Shown one piece after another: positions 37,101 to 51,700 of a stretch of DNA of 64,000 bases. Source of the stretch: Hemiscyllium ocellatum (lineage: Eukaryota); NCBI RefSeq assembly GCF_020745735.1, contig NC_083409.1, positions 11,463,052 to 11,527,051 on the forward strand, given 5' to 3'. Each line of letters begins with the position of its first letter. Position 1 is the first letter of the stretch. A program made the position numbers and the translations under genes. Under the pieces are notes generated by a model, which saw only the letters and a program-made list of their open reading frames with translations, searched no databases and was not told where the DNA came from.

Positions 37101-39299
37101 TACTTTTACTCGCTAATTTCTACTGTGGGACTGTTTAAAAGCCTTCTGAAGGTTCCAGATAAACCACATCCGTTGGCTCCCCCTTGTCAAATCTGCTCAT
37201 TCCATCCTCGAACAATTCCAGTCAATTTGTTCTGCATGATTTCCCTTTCCACAAACCATGCTGACTCTGTCTAATCCTATCACTGTCTTCCACGTGCCCA
37301 GTGATTAAATCTTTCACAACGAACTTGACTATTTTTCCCAATACCAATGCCAGGCTGACTGGTCCAGGTTACCCACTTTTCTCTCTCCCTCCCATTTTAA
37401 ACAGTGATGTTACATTCGCAACTCTCCAGTCACTGGGAAAGTTCCAGAATCAATAGAATCTTGAACACCAATGTTCCCAAAATTTTTGGGCAATTCCTGA
37501 AGTAATCTGAAATGTAGGTTATTGGTCCCTGCGGATTTATCAAACTTTAATCCCATAAATTTTCCAAAACCATTTCCCGAATAAAACTAATTTTCTTCAG
37601 TTCTGCCCTCAGTCTATACCCTGACGTCCCAACATGTTTCAAATGGATTTGAGTTTTCCTTTGTGTACAAAGATCCAGAATGCAGCAAAGGCAGAAATTT
37701 CCTTGTCAGCTTTTGTCAGCGATACTTGTCAATATACTTTCATCCAATCAATTTTCAATAGGAATGACACACTACCCACCATTTCAATGCAATCTTCTGA
37801 CCTGGGAATAGGATACAAATCCATCTTTGTGACTACATTCACTTTCCTATAGTGTACACAGAATCGAATTGAAACATCTGGCTGAGTCACCAAACAAGAG
37901 AACTCCAACTACTCTTAACAGTTCAATCAGGGGACCCTCTCTTGTTTGTGATCAGTAATTTGCTGATTTTTAGGTGGTTTGAATCATCCCCAGATCCCTG
38001 GTTCCACAAATGGGCTGATTTAAAACTGTGAAATTAAGAAGGCAATAGACAGGTGTTTCAGGGCAAAAGAATCTCTGTGTTTATTCAGAACAGGCCTGTG
38101 TCTGGAAGCTCTTGTTCAGATAGCGTTTGGTTGGTGTTCCTGCTCTCGGGTGTCCTTTGTTACGATGATGCTCTTGGTTTGGTGTCTGGATTCAGCTTCT
38201 CTGTTCAGCCTCTGTAGTTGTTGGTTCTAAAGCTGCTTGTTGGTAGTGTGTGTTAGTAGGCCGAGGTTGTAAAAGTTAGTTTTAGTCAAGAGATTGTGTT
38301 CTGGTTGGTGTCCCTTTCAGAGTTGAAGTGTGAACTGGAATTCCAGGCAGAACAATAGTTCCAGGCAGCCATTTTTTACAAAAAATCCAGGGTTTTAGAT
38401 GATAGTGACTTTTGCTCAATCCTACACAAGAGAACTCCAATTACGCTGACAATTCAATCAATTGATTCTCCAACATGAATTGAGCTTCATTTGTTACTTT
38501 GACTTATTTCTCTGGTTTTAATCAAAATGGATTTTGTTTTATTGGGTCTGAATAACCTACATCCACATCATGTTCGATTAATCTGGGACACCTATGTGTA
38601 TCTTTTAAAGACCATGTATCAGTGTAGAGTTAGGCCATTCAGCCCATCACGTCTGCCCTGCCATTCGATCATAATTGATTTGTTTGTCAACCCCATACTC
38701 CTGCCTTTTCTCCATTACCCTTGATCCCTTTACCAATCAAGAATCCATCTATCTCTGTCTTAAATACACTCAATGACTTGGCCTCCACAGCATTCTGCAG
38801 CAATGATTAATCCACAGATTAACCACTCTCTGGATGAAAAATCTCCTCCTCATCTCAGTTCCAAAGGATGGTCCCTTCACTCTGAGGCTGTGCCCTCAGT
38901 CTCTCTGCCAAGTGGAAACATCTTCTCCATGTCTACTCTATCCAGGCCTCTCAGTATACAGTATGTTTCACTGAGATTGCCCCTCATCCTTCCAAACTCC
39001 ATCAAGTACAGACTGAATACTGGCTCCAACCACTCCTCAGACAAACTTCTTTGTATTCTCTGAGCAATCTCACTCTGTCCCTCTGTTGATCTTCCTCCAG
39101 ATGCAAAAATACAGTGTCTGAATTCTCTAATATCTCTGAATTTGTTCACCTCATAGGAGGAAGTTCACTTTGGAAATTGTCCAATTGCCTTTGGATCTCA
39201 TGCTTTTTCTCATCCCCTCCTCCATTATACTCACTACTTGACACACCTGTACACGACTGAATGGTTCCTCAAAAACTGAGAGAGGAATTAAGGATGCTG

Positions 39300-40860
39300 G
39301 TTCAATCACATGTTGAGGTTTACCTATAACTTGACAAGTGTTTTTAAAAAATTATTCATTTTGTGTAACGTGAGCATCACTGGCTGGCCAGGATTTGTTG
39401 CTTATCCCCAGTTGCCCAAGGCCAGCATTTATTGCTCATCCCTAATTCAACTCTTTTGTCCACGTTTGAACCAATCTGTAATGAAGCCAGGAGCTGAGTG
39501 ACCCTGGTGGAACCCAAACTGGGCATCACTGAGCAGGTTATTGCTGAGCAGGTGCTGTTGATGACACATTCCCTCACTTCGCTAATGACCGAGAGGAGAC
39601 TGATGGGGCGGTAACTGGCTGGCTTGGATTTGTCCTGCTTTTTATGTATAGGACATTGTTGGGCAATTATCCACATTGTTGGGCAGATGCTAGTGTTATA
39701 GCTTTCCTGGAACAGCTTGGCTAGGGAAGTGACAAGTTCTGGAGCACAAGTCTTCAGTATTATTACCAGAATGTTGTCAGGGTCCATAGCCTTTGCAGTA
39801 CCCAGTGCCTCCACCCATTTCTTGATAACACGTGGAGTGAATCAAATTGACTGAAGATGGTTATCTTTAATGCTGAGGACCACTGGAGGAGGCCAAGATG
39901 GATCATCCACTCAGGACTTCTAGCTGAGGATTTCTGCAAAAGCTTCAGCCTTATCTTTTGCCCTGATGTGTTGGACTCTTCCATCATTGAGGGTGGGGAT
40001 ATTTGTGTGGAGCCCGCTCATCCAGTGAGATGTTTAATCGTCTACCAGTACTCATGACTGGATGTGACAGGGCTGCAGAGCTTAGACCTGATCCATTGGT
40101 TGTGTGTTGTCTAATACTGTCTGTCAATTGCTGCTTGTGCTGCTTGCCATGCAAGTAGTCATGTTTGGTGGTTTCACCAGGTAAATACCTCATCTTGGTA
40201 AAAACAATGACTGCAGATGCTGGAAACCAGAGTCTAGATTAGAGTGGTGCTGGAAAAGCACAGCAGTTCAGGCAGCATCCGAGGAGCAGTAAAATTGACC
40301 TTTCGGGCAAAAACCCTTCATCAGGAATGCAGGAATACCTCATCTTGATGAATGACTGGTGCTGCTCCTGGTACGCCCTCCTGAATTCTCCATTGAACCA
40401 GTGTTGATTCCCTGGTTTGATGATAATGGTCGTGTCGGGGCTGGAGCACAATTCTGCTGCTGTTGATGGCCCACAGTACTTCATGGATGCCCAGTCATGA
40501 GTTGTGAGATTGGTTGTAAGTCTGTCCCAGTTAGTCTCGTGAAAGTGCCACACAACACGATGGAGGCTATTCTCAATGAAGGCGGGTGTTGGTCTTCACA
40601 AGGACTGTGCGGTGGTCACCCTTACTGGTACTTTCGTGGACAGAAGCATCTGCAGCTGGCAGATTGGTAAAAATGAGTTCAAGTATGTTACATTTATAAA
40701 ACTGTGCCACATCTTTATATAATTTTGGCTCAATAAAACACCTGATTCTGGATGCCTGTGGACAATTGGACAATTTCCAAATCCCCATGGTCCTGTCATA
40801 GAAATCTGATGTGCTCCTCACAATATCTCCCTGTGATAGCTGGATGGTACCACGAGCCAA
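39300..40860 (-). mobile_element. Decayed non-LTR retrotransposon (CR1/L2-superfamily EN-RT) with a nested Penelope-end fragment
   Basis: KAMDPDNI...LKTCAPEL...LAKLFQ...PIHKKQDKSKPASYRPISLLSVIS; WHFHETNWDRL; TSKGDHRTVLV. Confidence 0.8.
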
Positions 40861-41049
40861 TATCTAACCAACCATTCTTCATCTGGGGGTCCATGGAGGG
40901 ACGGTGGTGGGGGGGGGGGCGGTCTCCACTTCCTCATCAGTGCTCCATTCTGAAGATAATAGCATTCTGAAACCCCTCCAGCCTCGACCTCAGTATGAAC
41001 TGACAGTGCTCATTTATTTCATTCGGGATCTGCTTTTTGGATCTGCTGT

Positions 41050-42500
41050 AATTAGGGACATCATACCAACCACTCCACCTGGATTATCTTCACCCTTTTG
41101 GAAAGTTTCAGCGATCCTTTCACTTGCTGTGATGTCACATCAACCCTTATTGATGGATTTTGTTTAACCATTGCTCTGGTTACCTCACACGAAGGAGAGA
41201 GACCAGGAACCTGTTCCTGTCATTGTTCTGTTTCTTGGCCCTCCTTTGGACATTCTGTAATCATTGGGGAAGATACTGCCTTTAATCCTGACAAAATATT
41301 CCCCAGAAGAAAATCAACTCCCTCAACAGGGAATATTTTCCCCACTCCGACAATTACTTCTCCTGATAACAAATCACATTCCAGTTGTACATTTTGATGA
41401 ACACCTTAGAATCCATTGAGCTCTCTGGAGGGAAAATCGATTCTTTCTCCAGTAAAAGTGATTGTATTGCCCCTGTATCTCTCAGTTTGATTCTGGGTTT
41501 AGCTGAAGAAAAATGAGTCACCATTCCTTTTGATAAAAATCCTGTCCACCTCTCATCTATTTTACAACTTCCTTTACTGATGACAGAATTCACCTCCAGC
41601 CTTTTTGTTATAGTTACAGCTACAACCTGCTCCGTGGGATTATCTGTTTGCATTCCCTCTTCTGACTCATTTTTACTAACTCCCATAAATCTCCTGGGTC
41701 TTACCTCACAGCTTCCAACATTCCATACGCACATGGCCCACCTTATTCCAAGAGAATCGTTTCAACTTCTGATCATCGCTTCCAGCCTCAGCAATTTCTT
41801 TCTTAATCTGAAGAGTAGTTCTCGGGCAGTTCCCTCCTGTCCATTCTCTCCCCTGTCTACCTGCCTTCCACACACACTCCCAATTTTTATTTTTCTCCCA
41901 TTTCTGGGCCTGATGGGAATAAGGTTTCTGGATTAATCTCCCATCAGGTGACTTCTCCACCTCCTGATGCTGCTTGGCTTGTTGTGCTCTTCCAGCCTCC
42001 TGTTTGTCGACTTTGGATTCCAGCATCTGCAAGGTTTTGGCTTTAATGAAGACTATAATCATTAACCATTCTAGCTGCTTGTCATGCTGTTCTTCCCATT
42101 CAGGCTTTTACATGAATTCTGATTCTAGAAGGGAAGGAAGTTTTAAATCCTTCTCAGAGAATAATTTCTCCGACAGCATTGTAAGTATTCTCAGCTGTTA
42201 ATGCTCTTATCCACCTGTCAACATTATTTTGCTGAATTCTCTCAAACTCAGTAGAAGTTTGTGGAGGCTGTTTCTGTAAGTTCTGAAACATCTGTCTGTA
42301 TGTTTCTGGGATCAATGCATATGTGCTTTTCACCTTTTCACTTCCTTGTGATCCTGAGAATGTTCCTCTGGCAGGGGTATAGAAACTTCTTGTGCTTCCC
42401 AAGTTGATTTTGCATGGGCAAACTCCATTGTTTTTCCTCGCCTCACTTGTTTAAATATCTTCTCAAAAGGCATGAAAAATGTCTCCACCTCCTTCTCTTC
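41050..42500 (-). mobile_element. Relic Gmr1-like gypsy LTR retrotransposon gag-protease
   Basis: EKEVETFFMPFEKI...YALIPETYRQMFQNL...FERIQQNNVDRW (gag); degenerate knuckle NKVGHVRMECWKL; aspartic protease LRDTGA. Interrupted by a short repeat at about 41920-42050. Confidence 0.75.
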
Positions 42501-44094
42501 ATAGTCATAGAGCCATAAAGCAAACAAACAGGCCTTTCTGCCCACCATGTTAGTGCTGATCAGTAAACACCAAACTGCACTAATCCCATTTACCTGCACT
42601 TGGTCCATAGCATTCCATGCCCTGGCATTTTATGTGCTCATCTGGATGTGTCTTAAATGTTGTGAGAGGAGCTGCCTCCATCACCTTCTCAAGCAGCACA
42701 TTCCATATTTCTACCACCCTCTGGGGTAAAAAAAATCCTCAATTCCCTCTCAACCACCTTTTCATCACATTAAGCTTATTTCCTCCGGTCATAGACATGT
42801 CTGCCATGGGGAAAAGATGATCACAATTGACTTTGTTTATGTCTCTCAGAATCAGATTCACCAACCCCTTCCACCACGCCCCCACCCCCACCCACCCCCC
42901 CATGCTTCCTCTGCTCCACAGGAAACAAACTCAGTTGATCAAGTCTCTCTCCTCATAACTAACACTTTCCATCCCAAGCAACATCCTGGTGAATCTACTC
43001 TCCACCCTCGCCAGTACAATCATGTTTGTCCAACAGTGATATGTACACAGTGTTCAAGATATGGCCTAACCAATGCTCTGTAAATTAACAATGAGACTTC
43101 CTTACTCCGATATTCTGCACACCGGCTAATGATGGCAAGCATCCCATTTGCCTTCTTCACCACCCTGTCTAGCTGTGCTGATTCCATCTGGGATCGGTGG
43201 ACTTGTACACCAAGGTCCCTTTGTTCCTCACTACTCCCAAGGAACATGAGAACATAAGAGCCAGGAGCAGGAGTTGGCCATCTGGCTCTTCGAGCCTGCT
43301 CCACTGTGCAATAAGATCATGGCGGATCTTTTCCTGGACTCAACTCCACATACCTGCACTCTCATCTTATCTCTTAATTCCTTTATTTTTCAAAAAACAA
43401 TCTGAGCTCTAAAAATATTTACTGAAGAAACATCAACTACTTCATAGGACAAGAAATTTCATAGATTTTGACCCTCTGGGTGAAGAAGTTCCTTCTCAAT
43501 TCAATCCTAAATCTGCTCCCCTTAATTTTGAGGCGATGCCCTCTTGTCCAAGTTTCACCTGCCAGTGGAAATATTCTCTCTACTTCAGTCTTATCTATTC
43601 TCTTCATAATGTTATATGTTTCTATAAGATCCCCCCTCATTCTTCTAAGTTCCAATCAATATATGCCAGTCTACTCAGTCTCTCCTCATAAGCTAATACC
43701 CTCAACTCTGGAGTCAACCTTCTCTGCACCCCTTCTAGTGCCAGTACATCCTTTCTCAAGTAAGGAGACCAAAACTGCACAAAGTACTCCAGGTGTGGCC
43801 TCACCAGCACCTGTACAGCTGCAACATAACCTCTCTGCTTTTTAAACTCAATCCCTTTAGCAATGAAGGACAAAATTCCATTTGCCTTTCTAATTGCTTG
43901 TTGTACCTGTAGACCAACCCTCTGTGATTCATGCATAAGGACACTCAAGGCACAAGCCTTTCATTGTGTATATCCCTCCCTTATTAGACCTCCCAAACTG
44001 GATCACCTTACACTTGTCAGGATTAAATTCCATCTGCCATTGTTCTGCCCAGTTACCAGCTGATCAATATCAGACTGTAGCCTGAGACCCAGTA

Positions 44095-44840
44095 ATCCAA
44101 GATGGCAGCAGAGTAGGACTCTTCAGACCAAGTTCATCTGCTCCGTCTGTTTCCTTTTCTGCTTTTTCTTCCACTGGTTTTTATTTTCTTTTGTGGTTCT
44201 CTCTTCTTTTCTCTCCCAGCCACGGACTTCCAGCCTCACTCGCCAGGCCTCTGACCAGTGCAGCCCCAGTGTTGCGGCCTCTTGACTTGGTGTGGCAGAG
44301 TCCTAACCTGGCAGAGAGACCTCCCAGCTCGGTGAGGCAGACTCTCGGTCTGACGTGTTGGGCTCTCAGTTTAATGTGGAGGCCTCTCGGCTCAGAATGC
44401 TCGACTGTCACTCCAGCGTGACGAACTCTCGGCCTAGCATGGCGATCTCTCAATGGACCAACGTGGTTGTCTCTCGGCCCACAGGGTGGTCTTTTGCTGT
44501 ATATAGTGGTCTTTCAGCCCAGCACAGCCTCAGCTTGCCTTCCGGTCTCGAAGTGAATGATTCAAAGTATGATCCCACGGTAGCTAAGCACTTAAGAAAG
44601 ACTGTAATGATTGAACTTCCAGATTTATTTCTTTATTTTATTCTTAAAACTAAAAAGGTCAAAAAGTCTGTAACGTGTAACTTTTAAATTTATTCTTTCT
44701 TTATACCTTGTTCTTAAGATTCTGTATCTCGGTCCTTGTACCTAAGATGGCTCCTTCCAAGGTGACATCACATACTTTTCACTGTACTCCAATACTTTTG
44801 TACTTGAGTCCATGTAACAATAAAATAAAATCAATATCAA
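44095..44840 (+). mobile_element. Probable non-autonomous interspersed element with internal ctctcggc sub-repeats and an A-rich tail
   Basis: GC-rich body starting aagatggcagc and ending cttttcactgtactc...gtaacaataaaataaaa, resembling a non-LTR 3' end. Confidence 0.4.
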
Positions 44841-47339
44841 CAACACCACCAATTTACGTGGCATCTGAAAACTTTCTAATTATACAATCACCGTCAATTC
44901 ATTAAGGTACATTACAAACAGAAAGGGTCACAGCCCCAATTCCTGTCATACACCACTGGTCACAGGCTTCCAATTACGAAGCCAACCCTTCACCAACTTG
45001 TCAACTTGCCTTGGATCCCATGGTCTCTGACCATCTGGACCAGCCTTCCATGTGGGGCCTTTGTCAAACAAATGAATACTGGCATCCCTACCTCTCCAAG
45101 TATTGCTTGATCCTGTACTTCAGGATTTTTTCTAATAATTGCCCTGACAGGGACATCAGACTAACTGGTCTGGAATTGCCTGGCCTATCCCTGCTGCCCT
45201 TCTTGAACAAAGGAACCACATTGACAATCCTCCAGTCTGGCACTTCACCTGTGGCCAGCGAAGTATTCATCAAGGAAAAGGCAATTAAACTTTCAAGACA
45301 ATGAAATGAAAACTACAGTTAAGTTAAACCTAAAGACACGTTAGAGAAATGAACGCCTTCTCACTGTTATTTCAATACAATAAAGCTATAATGTTTGAAT
45401 AGAAAGGATTTTATTTTGCCTTGTTTTGAAATCTTTTGCAATTGTGTTTTCTGTCAGTATGTTTTATTTTATCATCATTTCTTTTGTGCACTGAGGTCTT
45501 ATTATTCAATCTAAATCATCAGCATTGCGTACTTATGCTCTACAGATGCTGCAGACCAACTGCATTTCTTCAGCAGTTTAGGGGTTTGGTTCAGTCTAAG
45601 ATCTGTGTTGTCCAATAATACCAGCAGTTGGGATGGGAATAGTTGGCTAGCATCATGATTGTCACTCTAATTAGAAATTGACACTTCGTATTTGATGAAT
45701 CCAACAAACCCTTACACTGTTTTCACATCTGTCAGTCACCACATCACTGCCACCGCTCTTACCTTTCCAGAATCCAGGCAAATCCTTTTGCTCTCAGTAT
45801 GTGACTGATGTACTTGGGCATCTTTAATTGCAAACTTTCTTGTTCAGCCTAATGACTCTTTCTTTCTTGTTCAGCTCCTGACAAGCTACACCCAGCAGGC
45901 CACTAGATGATGATTGTGGTCAGCAATGCTTTGTATCTAGAATAGCCCACTTTCTCCCCATATCCTTCTCACTCACACTCTCAACTGATTACCTGGGCAT
46001 TGCGGCAGGCCGCCGTGTTTGAGGAGAAATTGACTCGAAATTGAATCAACTGTTGGTATTTCATGTGGCCATTCAATTGGAAAACAAGTATATTTACACT
46101 GAAGTTAATAAATTATAAATGTATAATAATTGGACAGAATGATATATTAAACTTTGCAGCATTTGAGGGATATAACTTTTGCCGGTTTGTCAAGAATGCC
46201 GGTTCATAAGGTACAGGTTACAACAACATTTGCTGCGTATCTTTTATAATAGACTCCCGTATTTCTCCCACTACTGATGCCAAGCTAACTGGTCGACAAA
46301 AAACACTGTGTTCTATCTGTCTTCCTTCTTAAAATAGTGGGGTTATTTTAGCCACTTTCCAGTCCATAGGAACTGCTCCTGAGTCTAGATTTCTGAAAGA
46401 TGACGACGAGTGCATCTATTCTTTCTAATACCACTTTCCTAAGTATTCTGGGGTGAGGGGATCAGGCTGCCAAAGATATTTTATGGCCCCTCTTTGTCCT
46501 CCTATTTTTTAAGCACCTCCCCACACTTTCTCTTCTCCTGAAGGGCCTCCCCTCTTTTTGATGCTCTGTACTTGGTATGTGCTTATTCCTTTTTCTTTCA
46601 CAAACTATCCATGTCCTTTGACATCCAGGATCCCAGGAGCTGCTGTCCTTGCCTTTCTTTCTGAGCTGGCCCTGAACTACATTAAAAAGATCCCCATTTT
46701 CCAAATGTAGACTGACCTCCAAGTAACTGATCCCAGTCTATATTTGCCAGATCCTGTCTAATGAAATTGAAATTGGTCTTGCCTCACTTTAGACATTTAA
46801 CTTCTGCACTACCCTTATTCCTTTCCATAATAGTTAGGAAACGTACGGAGTTATGTTCCCTATCTCCAAAATGCTCACCCATTGACTCTTCAACAATTTG
46901 ACATTACTCGGATTGAGCCCAGCACTGCCCATGTCTAGTGGGACGATCTACGTACTGGCACCAAAAGCTATCCTGGTTGGACTTTAAAAATTCCATTCAC
47001 ATGAAGTCAAACATAAAGTTTATGTTAGAGAAGTTGAAATTCCTTGCTAATATAGCCCTATTCCTCTCAAGCCTCTCATTGCTTTGCCGACATATCTGCT
47101 CCTCTCTCTCCATCTGACTATTGGGGAGGCTGTAGTATAATCCCAGCAAATTGATTGTCCTTTTGTCTAGCTCTACCCAGACGGCGTCATTTGAAGACCC
47201 TTCCAAGAAATGTTCCTTCAGTAGCAATACTGCAGTCATGGTTTCTTTTATCAATAATGCAACACACCCACCTCTCTTGCGCCCTGTCTATCCCACCTCA
47301 GACTTGTCTACCCTGGAATGTTGAGTGGCCAGTCCTATC

Positions 47340-48490
47340 TTTGTTCAATCTTGTCTCAGCAATTGCAACAATATGATATTCCAAAAAGACAATGCAACAG
47401 CATATGAAATAGCATAAGAGGTATGGTTAGTAAGTTTGCAGATGACACCAAAATTGGAGGTGGAGTGGACAGCAAAGAAGGTTCGGAGAAAGTGAGGACT
47501 GAAGTTGCTGGAGATCAGAGCTGAAAATGTGTTGCTGGAAAAGCGCAGCAGGTCAGGCAGCATCAAAGGAGCAGGAGAATCGACGTTTCGGGCATAAGCC
47601 CTTCTTCAGGGATTTCTTTTAAGCAAAGAAGGTTACCTCAGATTACAACGGGATCTTGATCAGATGGGCCAATGGGCTGAGAAGTGGCAGATGGAGTTTA
47701 ATTCAGATAAATGCGAGGTGATACATTTTGGGAAAGCAAACCTTAGCAGGACTTATACACTTAATGATAAGGTCCTAGAGAGTGTTGCTGAACAAAGAGA
47801 CCTTAGAGTGCAGGTTCATAGCTCCTTGAAAGTGGAGTCACAGGTAGATAGGATAGTGAAGAAGGTGTTTGCTATGCTTTCCTTTATTGGTCAGAGTATC
47901 GAATAGAGGAGTTAGGAGGTCATGTTGTGGCTGTATACGACATTGGTGAGGCCACTGTTGAAATATTCTGGTCTCCTTCCTATCGAAAAGATGTTGTGAA
48001 ACTTGAAAGTGTTCAAAAAAGATTTATTAGGATGTTGCCAGGGTTGGAGGATTTGAGCTAAAGTGAGAGGCTGAACAGGCTGGGGCTGTTTTCCCTGGAG
48101 CGGCAGAGGCTGAGGGTGACCTTATAGAGGTTTACAAAATTATGAGGAGCATGGATAGGATAAATAGTCAAAGTCTTTTCCCTGGGGTTGGGGAGTCCAG
48201 AACTAGAGGGCATAGGTTTAGGGTGAGAGGGGAATGATATAAAAGAGACGCAAGGGGCAACTTTTTCACGCAGAGGGTGGTATGTGTATGGAATGAGCTG
48301 CCAGAGGAAGTGGTGGAGGCTGGTACAATTGCAACATTTAAAAGGCATTTGGATGCACACATGAATAAAAATGGTTTGGGGGGATGTGGGCCGGGTGCTG
48401 GCAGGTGGGACTAGATTGGGTTGGGACATCTGGTCGGCATGGACAGGTTGGACCAAAGGGTTTGTTTCCACGTTGTACATCTCTATGTCT
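47340..48490 (+). mobile_element. CR1 LINE RT 3' fragment containing a 138-bp Penelope-end insertion
   Basis: FADDTKIGGGVDSKEG|YLRLQRDLDQMGQWAEKWQMEFN; CR1 tail up to about 48480. Confidence 0.85.
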
Positions 48491-48759
48491 CGCTGACTCT
48501 GTATTCCCAAGTGCCGTTCAATGTTCTCAGTTCAACCACATTACTGGTCAAGCTCCTTACATTGAAATAGCTACAATTCAGCTTTCTGATCCTCCTGTAT
48601 CCTGGATCGTGTCCTAGTGGTCACTCAGTGGTTTTCTGCATTGCCCTTACTTTCCCATGAAGGGAAACATTGAGCATTAACTTTAGGGAATGTTAGACCA
48701 ATTAGTCGGACATCAGCAGTGGAGAAAAAGCTCAAATTCATTATAAAATATTTTATAGC

Positions 48760-51700
48760 TTCGCACTGAGAAAACAGTGACAGAATTGGGCAGAGTCAGC
48801 ATGGATTGTCAAAAGAAAAATCATGCTTAACAAATCGACTGGACTTGTTTGAGGATGTAGTGAATGGATTTGACAAGGGGGAGCCAGCGGATGTGGTTTA
48901 TTTGGACTTTGTAAGGGGAATAGATAGGTGGTTCTGTGGTCAAAAACGAGACTCCCGAATAGCTCTGAAGGGGGAGGGTGAACAGATAGCTGTGATGGTG
49001 CATGTAGGCCGCAATGATATACATAATAAACGGGATGAGGTCCAACATGCAGAATTTAGGGAGTTAGGAACCACATTAAAAATAAGGACCTCAGAGGTAG
49101 TAATCTCACGTTTGCAACCAGTGCCGCGTATTAGTCAGAATAGACATGGAAGAATAGGCAGGATGAATGAGTGGCTTGAGAGATGGCGCAGTGAGTGGGG
49201 GGGGGGGGGGGTTCAGATTTTTGCGACATTGGGATTGGTTCTGGGGGAGGTGGGACTATTACAAATCAAGAATGCCTGCACCTGGGCAGGACTGGAACCA
49301 ATGTCCTCCAGGCTACTTTTGCTCACGTTCTTGGGGACGGTTCAAAATAATGTAGCTGAGTGATGGGAACCAAATGAGGAGGTTAGTGGACAGTAAGGAG
49401 GTAGTAACTAAAACCTGTAAGGAACTAAGTAATGAAATGGGCGTGACTAAGGGTAAGAATAGGTAGATGATGAACACAAAGGGACAGGTGGTCTGAGATG
49501 CATTTGTTTTAATGCAAAAAGTGTAGTAGGTAAGGCAGAGGAATTTAGGGCTTGGATTTGTACCTGGTAGTATGATGTTATTGCTATTACTGAGACTTGG
49601 TTGAGGGAAAGGCAAGATTGGCAACTAAATATCCCAGGATACAGGTGTATCTGATGGGTTCAAGACGGAGGTAAAAGGGGTAGAGGAGTAGCATTACCGG
49701 TCAGAGAGGACATCACAGCTGTGCTGAAGGAAGGCACGATGGAGGACTTGAGCAGAGGGGGAGTTTGGGCAGACCTCAGAAACAGGAAGGGTACAGTAAC
49801 AATGCTGGGGCTGTACTATAGTCCTCCCAACAGCCAGCACGAGATAGCGGTCAAATATGTAAACAGATTACAGAAGATGTAGGAGCAACAGGGTGGTGGC
49901 GATGGGAGATTTTAATTTTCTCAACATTGACGGGGATTCATTTAAAGTTATAGGTTTAGACAGAGCAAAATTTGTAAGGAGCACCCAGGAGGATTTTACA
50001 TAGTATGTAAATAGTTCAACTCAGGAAGGGGCCATACTGGACCTGGTGTTGGGGAATGAGCCCAGCCAGGTGGTTGAAATCTCAGTCGGGGATTACTTTG
50101 GGAACAGTGATCACAATTCCATAAGTTTTTAGAATGCTAATGGACAAAGACAAGAGTGGTCCGAAAGGAAGAGGGCTAAACTGGGGGAAGGCCAACTATA
50201 GCAAAATTCGGCAGAAGCTGGGTAATGTGGATTGGGAGCAGCTGTTTGAGGGTAAATCCACATTTGATATGTGGGAGGCTTTGTAAGAGAGGTTGATTAG
50301 AATGCAGGACAGACATGACCCTGTGACAATGAGGGATTGAAATGACAAGATTAGGGAACCCTGGATGACAGGTGAAATTGTGAGACTAGCTAAGAGGAAA
50401 AAGGATGCATCCATAAAGTCTAGGTGGCTGACAACAGGCAAAGCTTTGGAAGAATATTGGGAAACTAGGACCGATCTGAAATTAGGAATTAAAAGGGCTA
50501 AAAGGGGTCACAAAACATCATTATCAAAATGGGTTAAGGAAATCGCAAAGCCTTTTATTCATATATAAGGAGCAAGAGGGTGACTAGAGAAAGGGTTGGC
50601 CCACTCAAGGACAGAGGAAATTTAAGCATGGAGTTAGGGAAAATGGGAGAGATTCTAAATGAGTGGTTTGTTTTGGTACTCACCAAGGAGATGGAAAAGC
50701 TGGACATTGAAGTTGGGGATAGATGTTTGATTACTCTTGGTCAAGTTGGTTTAAGGCGGGAGAAAGTGTTGAGTATTCTAAAAGGCATTAAGGTGGACAG
50801 GTCCCCAGGTCAGGATGGAATCTATCCCCGGGTACTGTGGGAAGCAAGAGAGGAGATAGCTGGGGCCTTAAGAGATATCTATGTAGCAATCTTGAACATG
50901 GGTGAGGTCCCAGAGGACTGGAGAATAGCTAATGTTGTCCCCTTGTATAAAAAGAGTAGCAAAGATAATCCAGGTAATTATCAAGCGGTGAGCCTGACGT
51001 CAGTGGAAGGGAAGCTGCTGAAGCAGATACTGATTTGGAAGAAAATGGATGTATCAGTGATAGGCAACATGATTTTGTGCAGGGAATTTCATGTCTTACC
51101 TACTTCATAGAATTTTTTGAAGAAGTGACAAAGTTGATAGATTAGGGAAGAGCTGTAGATGTCATACACATGGACTTCAGTAAGGTGTTTGATAACATTC
51201 CCCATGTAGCCTGATAGAGAAATTAAAGTCGCATGGGGTCCAGTATGTACTAGCTAGATGGATATAGAACAGGCTGGGCAACAGGAGACAGAGAGTAGTA
51301 GTGGAAGGGAATTTCTCAAAATGGAGAACAGGAATACATGCTGAGAACACTCTTGTTTATATGATATATATAAATGATCTGGAAGAAGGTATAGGTGGTC
51401 TGATTAACAAGTTTGCAGATGACACTAAGATTGGTGGAGTAGCAGATAGTGAAGGGGACTGTCAGAGAATGCAGCAGAATATAGATAGATTGGAGAGTTG
51501 GGCAGAGAAACAGACAGATGGAGTTCAATCCGGGCAAATGTGATCTGATGAATTTTGGAAGATCCAATTCTGGAGTAAACTTGATGCTGAATGGAAAGCC
51601 CTGGGGAAAATTGATGCACAGAGAGATCTGGATGTTCGGGTCCATTGTACCCTGAAGGTGGTAATGCAGGTTGATAGAGTGGTCCAGAGGGCAGATGGCA

